A DNA stretch of 64,000 nt from sequence record PV764938.1, one strand, 5' to 3'. The notes beneath the pieces are model-generated. The model ran no database searches. It saw only the letters and a list, made by a program, of their open reading frames with translations, and was not told the origin of the DNA. Shown in pieces: positions 48,390 to 55,869 of the stretch. A program made the position numbers and the translations under genes. Numbering within the stretch: position 1 is the first letter of the stretch; each line of letters begins with the position of its first letter.

Positions 48390-49142
48390 ATGGAACCGCT
48401 ATTCGACATTAACGGCTTGATGTTTTGGAGCCAGAAGGAAATTGCTCTGCGTGAGCGTTTCAAGGCCCAGATCGCCGAAGGAGTAGCAGAATTCCTCCAC
48501 GGTCAGAATCCCATGTTCCTGCAGAACTTCCTGCAGGTGGAAGCTCCGCTGCTTACACCACGTTCCGCATTGAATCCCAACTATACGGACGAGGATATTT
48601 GGGCACAGGAAACGCTGGAAGTCAGCGGCTCCCATGAGCTTGCGCTGCGGCCGGAAACTACTCCAGGTTCCTACACGTATGCGGTGCACCTGTTGAACTC
48701 CCACAGCGCCCACAAGCCTCCGATGGTCGTATGGCAGGCCGGTAAGAGCTTCCGGCGTGAAAACGAACAACCGTCCAAGCACATGCGGTTGAAGGAATTC
48801 TACCAACAGGAGTTCCAGTGCGTTTATGCGGCTGATACCATGAACGATTACCAGGAAGCCTCGCTGGAACCCATGCGCAAACTGCTTGGTGATATCATCG
48901 GCTTGCCCACGCGCATCGTAGAGTCCGATCGTTTGCCCTCCTATAGCAAGCGCACCATGGACATTGAAGTCGACAACGGCGACAAGTGGATGGAAGTCTG
49001 CTCGATTAGCCTGCGCACGGACTTCCCTGAAAAGTTTAAGTTCGTCCACAAGGGCGTTCAGAAGGAGAAGGATCTCCTCGTGCTTGAGATCGCCGTTGGT
49101 CTCGATCGCGTCGTATACAATTACCTGCAGAGGACGAAATAA
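48390..49142 (+). CDS. Class II aminoacyl-tRNA synthetase catalytic core, GlyRS(alpha2)-like, lacking an anticodon-binding domain
   Basis: Motif 1 VEAPLLTP, LRPETT, motif 2 QAGKSFRRE...RLKEFYQQE, MEVCSIS.R.DF, motif 3 EIAVGLDR; ends 10 aa after motif 3. Confidence 0.8.
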   Translation: MEPLFDINGLMFWSQKEIALRERFKAQIAEGVAEFLHGQNPMFLQNFLQVEAPLLTPRSALNPNYTDEDIWAQETLEVSGSHELALRPETTPGSYTYAVHLLNSHSAHKPPMVVWQAGKSFRRENEQPSKHMRLKEFYQQEFQCVYAADTMNDYQEASLEPMRKLLGDIIGLPTRIVESDRLPSYSKRTMDIEVDNGDKWMEVCSISLRTDFPEKFKFVHKGVQKEKDLLVLEIAVGLDRVVYNYLQRTK

Positions 49143-49567
49143 TGGGTCTCCAGAGTACACTCGGTACCATATTCGGTAAGGGTCTCGTGGCAAAGGGCAA
49201 TGATGCCGATTTCAACGAAGCCATTTACGATGGCTTCCAGAATACTGGCTGGGAATTTGGCGATGCTGATTCCGATCTCCAGACCAGTGGCGGACGGTTT
49301 GTGCCATTCGTGGCTGCCCTTCATTCGTTTCGGTTCGACGTTATGGGTTATGAATCGTCAAGCCCTGAGGAATGGGGTGCATTCTTCTACGGTGCGTTCA
49401 ATCTGTCGATGGCACAGGTCATTGCGGATAACATCACCGACGGTGTGCTTATTCTTTCGCATGAAGTCGAAGGCAACGGCACATCATACTTTTTCATCAC
49501 TCCCGGCAAGGCCGAAGAAGTCGATGTGGTCGACGCAATTCTCGGCATGAAAGGTCTCACCCGATGA
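49142..49567 (+). CDS. Hypothetical acidic protein
   Basis: TAATG coupling. Confidence 0.6.
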   Translation: MGLQSTLGTIFGKGLVAKGNDADFNEAIYDGFQNTGWEFGDADSDLQTSGGRFVPFVAALHSFRFDVMGYESSSPEEWGAFFYGAFNLSMAQVIADNITDGVLILSHEVEGNGTSYFFITPGKAEEVDVVDAILGMKGLTR

Positions 49568-49968
49568 GCAGCTCTGAAGTCATGGTGACTATCACTGCGC
49601 ATGAGGTGGAGTTCAAGGATCAGGAGCAAATGAACCTTGAACTGTTCATGCACTTCTCCGGTAAGGGTTGGTCATTCTCACACGATGAGAAAACTCCGAA
49701 CGGCACACCACTTGTCGTGTACTTCGACAAGGTCCTGAAATTCGCAGGTGGCGAATCCGGCAAGCCCACGGATTATGCTCAGACCTACGCGGACTGGTCC
49801 GAACAGACGAGCTCGATCATCTCCAAGTATATGACTGGCGGCATTCTTGTTCTTCAGTTCGTCTGGGAACAAGAGCGGGTCACGTATCACATCCTCAAGC
49901 CGAATTTTGTGGAGTCCCTCCAGCCCGAGGAAATCTTCAACTATTACTTGGCCGCAAAGGGCTACTAA
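49564..49968 (+). CDS. Hypothetical protein (weakly similar to the previous gene)
   Basis: ATGA coupling; GGILVLQF vs DGVLILSH. Confidence 0.6.
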   Translation: MSSSEVMVTITAHEVEFKDQEQMNLELFMHFSGKGWSFSHDEKTPNGTPLVVYFDKVLKFAGGESGKPTDYAQTYADWSEQTSSIISKYMTGGILVLQFVWEQERVTYHILKPNFVESLQPEEIFNYYLAAKGY

Positions 49969-50007
49969 CCACAGCGGATGACACGTCAGTGCTTCTGCAA
50001 ATGTGAG

Positions 50008-50039
50008 AAGGAACAGGGTTTGCGCTCTGTTCCTTTTTT
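50008..50039 (+). terminator. Rho-independent terminator
   Basis: AAGGAACAGGG-TTTGCG-CTCTGTTCCTT followed by a T-run. Confidence 0.75.
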
Positions 50040-50040
50040 A

Positions 50041-50070
50041 TTGACTCTGAGTATCCCAAACAAGTAGATT
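50041..50070 (+). promoter_or_regulatory. Sigma70-like promoter overlapping an ACTCTGAGT palindrome
   Basis: TTGACT-18 nt-TAGATT; palindrome 50044-50052. Confidence 0.55.
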
Positions 50071-50100
50071 GGAACAAATTTACTTAATTTGAGGATACCT

Positions 50101-50556
50101 ATGCCCGCCGTATTCATCCCCGAAGTCGGTATGTCTTACCGAGTCGTTGAAGAGTGGAAACCTATGCTGGATTGGTCTGATCGCAATCTCGTATTGTTCC
50201 GCAATCTCAAGCTCACCGGCACGAAGAAAATCAGCACCGGCACTTACTTCAAGTATGATCCAAAAACTCACACTCCAATTAGAGATGAGAATGGCGCATA
50301 CATTCGCGAGGAAGCTTTCGTGAATCGCACGGTTGCCAATCCATTGTTCCGGGATGATGATGGCAATTATGCTCCTGTTATGATCACGTTTCCCGTCGAT
50401 ACCGTATTGGAATTGACAAAGTACAAGACAGGTTATAACAATGACATCTATGCGGTTTGGTGGAAAATCACCAACTGTCCGGATGCCCGCTATATCAAGC
50501 GTGTCATCTCCGTTGAGCCGGATCAAATGACCGGTGCAGTTTTGGAACGAGTGTAA
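50101..50556 (+). CDS. Hypothetical protein
   Basis: GAGG RBS. Confidence 0.6.
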   Translation: MPAVFIPEVGMSYRVVEEWKPMLDWSDRNLVLFRNLKLTGTKKISTGTYFKYDPKTHTPIRDENGAYIREEAFVNRTVANPLFRDDDGNYAPVMITFPVDTVLELTKYKTGYNNDIYAVWWKITNCPDARYIKRVISVEPDQMTGAVLERV

Positions 50557-50975
50557 TGAAATTTCAAGTAGAAGATCGCGGCACTATCCTGAGCATCAAT
50601 CCAACGGTGCCTCACTGCATTATCAGTATCAGCGACACTCGTGGGGATCGCGCCGATCCCGCAGTCAATGATCTGACCCGCGATGTATTGTTCTTGAACT
50701 TTCACGACACAAATGAGCCGAAGCCCGGAATGGATCTGTTCACGGTTCGGCATGCGATCGACGTCCTCAATTTTTACGAGCGTTACAAGGGCGAAGTCGG
50801 CTTGTTCGTGGCCCACTGTAACGCTGGTATGTGCAGGAGTCCCGCAGTAATCGCGGCCCTGCAGAAGATTCATACGGGCAACGATGACAACTGGTTCCGA
50901 ACCAAGACACCAAACTCCCTTGTCTACCGCACAATCTTGGGAGAAGCATACGAGCGCGGACTCCTTACCGTATGA
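50556..50975 (+). CDS. Protein-tyrosine/dual-specificity phosphatase-like protein
   Basis: IISIS, LNFHD, HCNAGMCRS (CX5R). Confidence 0.8.
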   Translation: MKFQVEDRGTILSINPTVPHCIISISDTRGDRADPAVNDLTRDVLFLNFHDTNEPKPGMDLFTVRHAIDVLNFYERYKGEVGLFVAHCNAGMCRSPAVIAALQKIHTGNDDNWFRTKTPNSLVYRTILGEAYERGLLTV

Positions 50976-50979
50976 GCTT

Positions 50980-51276
50980 ATGATTTCGGATTCCGAATGG
51001 GATCCATTTTTGGATAAGTTCTTCCCGCATCGCGTGGATTTGTACTTGAAGCATCTCGAAGGCTACAACGTGGTCAGCGCGATCTTCGAAGCACATGAAG
51101 CATTTGGTCCTGCACGTTTCCGTACCCGTTTCTTAACGACTCTTCACGTCTACGTATTGGATACGCTTGAGGAGAAATCCTATTACAGCCGGACTGGGAC
51201 TTGGTTCATGGTCCACAACGAATTTTATTTTGCGAACCACAACGATGCGGTTCTTTTCAAGTTGAGACACGGATGA
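50980..51276 (+). CDS. Hypothetical protein (AxxFKL-terminal family)
   Basis: FYFANHNDAVLFKLRHG. Confidence 0.6.
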   Translation: MISDSEWDPFLDKFFPHRVDLYLKHLEGYNVVSAIFEAHEAFGPARFRTRFLTTLHVYVLDTLEEKSYYSRTGTWFMVHNEFYFANHNDAVLFKLRHG

Positions 51277-51584
51277 ACGAAAAAGTCAAATACATGGTCA
51301 AGCGGCTTCCCATTAAGCTCCGCCTCAACAATACGTTGATGAAAAACAAGGGCCATCCCCAGGAGTTCCTCACATTTGAAAACCTGCTGTGGAACATCTA
51401 CGGACCACCGATGATCAAGCTGGAAGTCTCTCGGTTCTCGCCCTCCGGCATGTACTGGAAAAAGAATCCCGATGGTATTTGGGCACGAGTCCGGAACGAG
51501 TTCTACTTCAAAGATGCTCGGACTGCTGCGCTTGCACGGCTTCACATGCCGGCGGATTTTGAAATTACCAAAAGATTAATTTGA
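51273..51584 (+). CDS. Hypothetical protein (AxxFKL-terminal family)
   Basis: FYFKDARTAALARL; ATGA coupling. Confidence 0.6.
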   Translation: MNEKVKYMVKRLPIKLRLNNTLMKNKGHPQEFLTFENLLWNIYGPPMIKLEVSRFSPSGMYWKKNPDGIWARVRNEFYFKDARTAALARLHMPADFEITKRLI

Positions 51585-51615
51585 CAAGATAGGTACAATT
51601 GTATTAAATAGTGGC

Positions 51616-51714
51616 ATGAATAAGAAATACACCCACTTGTAGCTTCATCGGTCTCGTTCTCCGCCATTTGTGCTTGAGTTAATCGCACGAATTTCAAATG
51701 GAGAACGACAATGA
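51616..51714 (+). promoter_or_regulatory. Putative leader ORF (MNKKYTHL-amber-...ERQ-opal) overlapping an RBS-occluding hairpin
   Basis: TTGACA 51581, TTAAAT/TAAATA 51604-51610, ATG 51616, TAG 51640-51642, TGA 51712-51714 overlapping ATG 51711; stem TCGTTCTC(CGC)CATTTG / CAAATGGAGAACGA. Confidence 0.4.
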
Positions 51715-52025
51715 CCAATATCAATTCAAACATAGACCTAGACGACGATCTCGATGACGACGAGGATGACTACCTATTCGACGATGATGAATGGGAAGAC
51801 TCTGCATTTCCAGCGAGAATCGCAACCGAATATCCAGGTTGGCACCAAATGAAGATCACCCGTTTCACCGGCGGAACGCTGGCGGAGATCAAAGAATGGT
51901 GCGACGAGAATATTACTCGTGGACTCTGGAAACAAGTAGGTTGGAATTCTGGTTGCTCTTATAGCGTAGGTATAGTAGTAGAACACGCTAGAGACGCCAT
52001 GCTATTCAAACTGCGCTGGAGCTAA
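51711..52025 (+). CDS. Hypothetical protein with an acidic N-terminus (AxxFKL-terminal family)
   Basis: GGAG RBS; EIKEWCDEN..RG.W, DAMLFKLRWS. Confidence 0.7.
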   Translation: MTNINSNIDLDDDLDDDEDDYLFDDDEWEDSAFPARIATEYPGWHQMKITRFTGGTLAEIKEWCDENITRGLWKQVGWNSGCSYSVGIVVEHARDAMLFKLRWS

Positions 52026-52027
52026 AT

Positions 52028-52423
52028 GTGACTGACGAGTATTTGGCAAAACCAATCGTGCCACAGGCCAAAGAAAAGGAACTCAACTTGAAGTTCCGAA
52101 AGGGTGTCCTGTATACGGCGGGTGAGGTCATTACTTGCATTCACAACTATTTGCCGTATCGGGTTCCCCTCAAGGAACTGGGGATCAGCGAAGAACGGAC
52201 ACAGCATGATGATCCGAATGGTCCTCCCGGCAATGCTCGGTTCGAACGGACTGAACGCCTGAGGGAGTTCCTCACCAACATTACGCCGGATCTGATGACT
52301 GACGTCGGAAAGGGTCACAAGCGTTACGAACACAACAAAGCCGGCTCTTGGGCAATCATCGTCGGCTGGGTCTATCTGAGGGATCCGAAACTGATTGCAA
52401 TTTTAAAGCTGGCTTTCGGTTGA
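52028..52423 (+). CDS. Hypothetical protein (AxxFKL-terminal family)
   Basis: GTG start; YLRDPKLIAILKLAFG. Confidence 0.6.
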   Translation: MTDEYLAKPIVPQAKEKELNLKFRKGVLYTAGEVITCIHNYLPYRVPLKELGISEERTQHDDPNGPPGNARFERTERLREFLTNITPDLMTDVGKGHKRYEHNKAGSWAIIVGWVYLRDPKLIAILKLAFG

Positions 52424-52490
52424 CAAATAAACCAGCATAGCTTAAATAGAGAACACTGGTCATGGTGATCAGCTTTTAGGAGAAAACGAA

Positions 52491-52985
52491 ATGAAGTATT
52501 AGGTTGAAGAAAAGCTGCGTGTTCGGGCCTACAACGGTCTGAACGAGACTTCCCTCCCTGCGGCTACGCCCGCATATTTCGGCGACGACGAGTCGTTTGA
52601 AGAAGCCAGCAATAAGCTTCGCATTTACAGCATCATTCGGGGCGATCTCGAAATGACCGCTGGTAAGCTTGCCTCCCAGGCATGCCACGCTGCGAAGAAC
52701 TGCGCTATCATCGCCCAGCAGTACGAGCCTCAGTTGCTCGAGACTTATCAGGGCCCTGATTTCATCGGTACTCAAATCATCCTCAAGGCGAAGAATGAAG
52801 CCGCAATCCTGAAGGCCTACGAAGCCGCTAAGGAAGCAAACCTCATCACCTCGCTCATTGTTGATGAAAAGCATGTCATGCTCCCGCACTTCGACGGCAA
52901 CCCCATCATTACCGCTCTCGGTATTGGTCCTTGCACTCGTGAACAGGCGCATCACATCACCAAGCGGTTTGAGGCTGTACGATGA
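52491..52985 (+). CDS. pth2: Peptidyl-tRNA hydrolase type 2 with an in-frame amber codon at position 4 (readthrough gene or pseudogene)
   Basis: AGGAG-N8-ATG AAG TAT TAG GTT..., in frame with IYSIIRGDLEMTAGKLASQACHA, IILKA, LIVDE, TALGIGP; the track ORF at 52653 starts inside the conserved first motif. Confidence 0.8.
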
Positions 52986-53305
52986 ACCCGCGCTGGAAGA
53001 AAGCAATGGACGCCTATAAAGCGGTCATTTGCGCACCAAAAGAACAAGGCGAAGATGGTTGGTCTCCGCCTCCGACGTCGGAACAATGGCGCGACAAAAA
53101 GTGGAGCAGAGAGCTCCGCAAGATGTGGCCCGAATATACGAGCATCCGACTCGAAGATATCCGATTCTATTCGGAGAAGCAAAAGTGGTGCAAAGAAAAC
53201 GCCCAGTTCTTCTGGGTAGCTGGTAATCAGCAGATGTGGTATTTTTCCGATCGGAACTCCGCGCTGCTTTTCAAATTGTCCTTTGGAGGGAATGTAGAAC
53301 TATGA
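52982..53305 (+). CDS. Hypothetical protein (AxxFKL-terminal family)
   Basis: QKWCKEN, WYFSDRNSALLFKLSFGG. Confidence 0.65.
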   Translation: MNPRWKKAMDAYKAVICAPKEQGEDGWSPPPTSEQWRDKKWSRELRKMWPEYTSIRLEDIRFYSEKQKWCKENAQFFWVAGNQQMWYFSDRNSALLFKLSFGGNVEL

Positions 53306-53832
53306 GTGCTTTTGGTATGAAACCCACTTTCAAGACCCGCGACGAATACAAGGCATGGCGCAAGACGTGGGCCGCACTTTACGCGGAAGTCAGCGAGCGT
53401 ATTCGTAAGCTCAAGCTGGCAACCAAGTCCACCCAGCGTACTGGCGAGTCCGCAGCAATGCAGAACAAACTCCGTCAGGAACGCGCAATGGGCGCAAAGG
53501 CGATGACTCTGTTGAGCGAGGCGAAGATTCGTTGGCAGAACATCCAGGAAATGAAGCGTGGCATTGCTGAGCAGCACGCAACGTTTCCGTTGGAGATCGA
53601 GAACGTCCGTAACATGGACTTCCACTTCAACAAGAAGCACTTGGAGTTCCCTGAGGTTGTCCCCATGTGGGTCCTCAAGGCGAAGGGCGCTACCTACTAC
53701 TTGAATCACATCGATTGTCAGACTCCTTGGACTACCCGAGAAACCCCTGACAACCCGAGCACCAAGGGTTCGATCCGAATCAAGCGCGGTAACATTAGCA
53801 TCAGTGCAGATGCTACGGCGACGATTTCCTGA
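53302..53832 (+). CDS. Hypothetical protein
   Basis: GGAGG RBS, ATGA coupling; FHFNKKH...PMWVLKAKG..YY. Confidence 0.65.
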   Translation: MSAFGMKPTFKTRDEYKAWRKTWAALYAEVSERIRKLKLATKSTQRTGESAAMQNKLRQERAMGAKAMTLLSEAKIRWQNIQEMKRGIAEQHATFPLEIENVRNMDFHFNKKHLEFPEVVPMWVLKAKGATYYLNHIDCQTPWTTRETPDNPSTKGSIRIKRGNISISADATATIS

Positions 53833-53891
53833 ATTTCTCCGTGGGGGCCAAACTGGTTGACTCCCACGGAATCCTATTGTAATGTGGTTGC

Positions 53892-55178
53892 ATGATGAAA
53901 AAGAAAATACCACTCCACAGTCTCGTGCTTATGGTTGGCCCCTCGGGAGCCGGCAAAAGCACTGTGACCTCCGCACATTTTGCGGACTACGAAATCGTAA
54001 GCAGTGACAGTCTACGTCATGAGCTCGTAGGTGATTTCCAGCGTCAGGACATTAACCCGCTGGTTTTCAATGAGCTGCATGATCGTGTTCGCACAAAGCT
54101 TGCGATCGGTGAGCGCGTGGTCGTTGATGCAACCCATCTGCGCAAGGCAGATCGTATGGGCGTCGTAAACATCGGTGTTCAGCTTGGGGTTCCGGTCTAC
54201 TACATCGTGGTAAACCGTCCGCTGGAAGAGAAGCTTGCTACGGCAGGCTGGCGTGCCGGCGTTCCTGGCCTCATCGAGCGTCACGACGAAACGTTCCGAA
54301 ACAACGAGCGTGAGATCCTTCTGGGCGATAACGTGGCTACGGTCATCGATACTCGCAAGGAAGAGTTCGAAGCGGTCGTGAAGGCTCCAGGTGGCGATGT
54401 TGCCGACCATATCTTGGGACTTGGTTTCAAGGGCGTTATGGTTCTCGGAGACATTCACGGAATGCGTGAACGCCTCAAGAGTGCCATCGATTGGGCCATC
54501 ACGCGCAACCTTTACATGATCTTCCTGGGCGATGTGATCGACTACGGTCCGCATAGCCTGGAATGCGTAGACATTGTCTACGATATCATGACTCGCGGTC
54601 GCGGATCGATGACGATCGGCAATCACGAAAAGAAGATTGAACGTTGGATCACGCAGGATCGGGCCTTCCAGGAGAAGGGTACTCCGATCAAGCTGCACTT
54701 GAGCGATGGAAATCGCGCAACGACCAACCTTGTGCAGGCTTTGAGCCAGGGTGACCGCACCAAGTTTGAATGCAAGTTCACAACGATGGTGAATCTGGCT
54801 CGAAACCACATCCTGCTTGGTGAGAACTTCTTGCTCACGCATGGTGGTGCAGAACCCGAAATGTTCCGTATCACCGACCATCGCTTGGGTAAGCGTTTGG
54901 AAGGTATCGCCCTTTACGGCGAAACCGACAACACGGTTCAGCGCACCGACGGATATCCGAACCGAGTTTATAACTGGGTCAACAGGATTCCCGAGGGCAA
55001 GCAGGTCATCGTAGGCCACGACATCCGCAGCACGCTCAAGCCGCTGGTAGAAACCGGTACGCGAGGCGGAACTGCTACTTTCATGGACACTGGTTCCGGT
55101 AAGGGAGGACACCTCACTACGGCCCACGTTATCCATGAGAATGGCAACTGGGAAATCAAGGCGTTCACTGCCCACTAA
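53892..55178 (+). CDS. pnkP: Polynucleotide kinase-phosphatase (bacterial Pnkp kinase + metallophosphoesterase, no ligase domain)
   Basis: LVLMVGPSGAGKST, SSDSLR, VVDATHL; GDIHG, GDVIDYGP, GNHE, HGG, VGHD, DTG. Confidence 0.85.
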   Translation: MMKKKIPLHSLVLMVGPSGAGKSTVTSAHFADYEIVSSDSLRHELVGDFQRQDINPLVFNELHDRVRTKLAIGERVVVDATHLRKADRMGVVNIGVQLGVPVYYIVVNRPLEEKLATAGWRAGVPGLIERHDETFRNNEREILLGDNVATVIDTRKEEFEAVVKAPGGDVADHILGLGFKGVMVLGDIHGMRERLKSAIDWAITRNLYMIFLGDVIDYGPHSLECVDIVYDIMTRGRGSMTIGNHEKKIERWITQDRAFQEKGTPIKLHLSDGNRATTNLVQALSQGDRTKFECKFTTMVNLARNHILLGENFLLTHGGAEPEMFRITDHRLGKRLEGIALYGETDNTVQRTDGYPNRVYNWVNRIPEGKQVIVGHDIRSTLKPLVETGTRGGTATFMDTGSGKGGHLTTAHVIHENGNWEIKAFTAH

Positions 55179-55274
55179 GGGCAGTGAATAACCGCTTGAC
55201 AATCGTAGGGTTTTAGCTAAAGGATGTTCGTGCTCTATAAATATAGAGCAGTTGTAATATAACGGGTGAAGAAA

Positions 55275-55835
55275 ATGGCCCACACTTTGATATTGAATGC
55301 AGACGCACAGCCGATGGGTTACGTACCTCTGAGCACACTGAAGTGGCAAGACGCCATCAAGTTGATGTATCAGGAGCGCGTCGACGTCATTGCCGAGTAC
55401 GAGGATTGGGAAGTCAATAGCCCGTCCGTGTCCCTGCGCGTGCCTGCGATTATGCTCATGCACGAGTATAAGAATGTCACACGTGGGCTAAAGTTCTCCG
55501 GCAAGAACGTCAAGCTGCGCGACTCCTACAAGTGTCAGTATTGCGGCCTTGACGCTCAGCACGATCACGCGCTGTTGACTCAGGACCACGTTATCCCGCG
55601 TGCAAACGGTGGTAAGTCCAACTGGACGAACATCGTTGCCGCGTGCATGCCGTGCAACTTGAAGAAGGCACACTACGACAAGATGAAGCCGAAGATTGCG
55701 CCGGTAAAGCCCAGCTACTACCAGCTCGTCGACAAGGCTCGTCAGTACCCAATTGTGGTTCCCCACGCAAGCTGGATGGACTACATTGGTTGGGATCCGT
55801 CGTTGGTGACGGTTGCGCCACAGAAGCACAAGTAA
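55275..55835 (+). CDS. HNH endonuclease
   Basis: LNADAQP N-terminus, RDSYKCQYCG, TQDHVIPRANGG..NWTNIVAACMPCN.KK; TATAAATA upstream (about 55235). Confidence 0.9.
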   Translation: MAHTLILNADAQPMGYVPLSTLKWQDAIKLMYQERVDVIAEYEDWEVNSPSVSLRVPAIMLMHEYKNVTRGLKFSGKNVKLRDSYKCQYCGLDAQHDHALLTQDHVIPRANGGKSNWTNIVAACMPCNLKKAHYDKMKPKIAPVKPSYYQLVDKARQYPIVVPHASWMDYIGWDPSLVTVAPQKHK

Positions 55836-55862
55836 AAGAGCCCGGGTTCGTCCCGGGCTTTT
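55836..55862. terminator. Bidirectional terminator between convergent genes
   Basis: AAAGAGCCCGGG-TTCGT-CCCGGGCTTTT. Confidence 0.75.
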
Positions 55863-55869
55863 CCATGAC

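Noticed and set aside
48390-49142. Pyrrolysyl-tRNA synthetase (given the adjacent CUA tRNA)
   Set aside because: The motifs (LRPET, GKSFRRE, EFxQxE) are GlyRS-like, no pylBCD genes are present, and the tRNA has canonical arm lengths unlike tRNA-Pyl.
52462-52479. Mini-ORF MVISF-TAG upstream of pth2
   Set aside because: It has no RBS, is out of frame with pth2, and its TAG is just the start of the TAGGAG Shine-Dalgarno.
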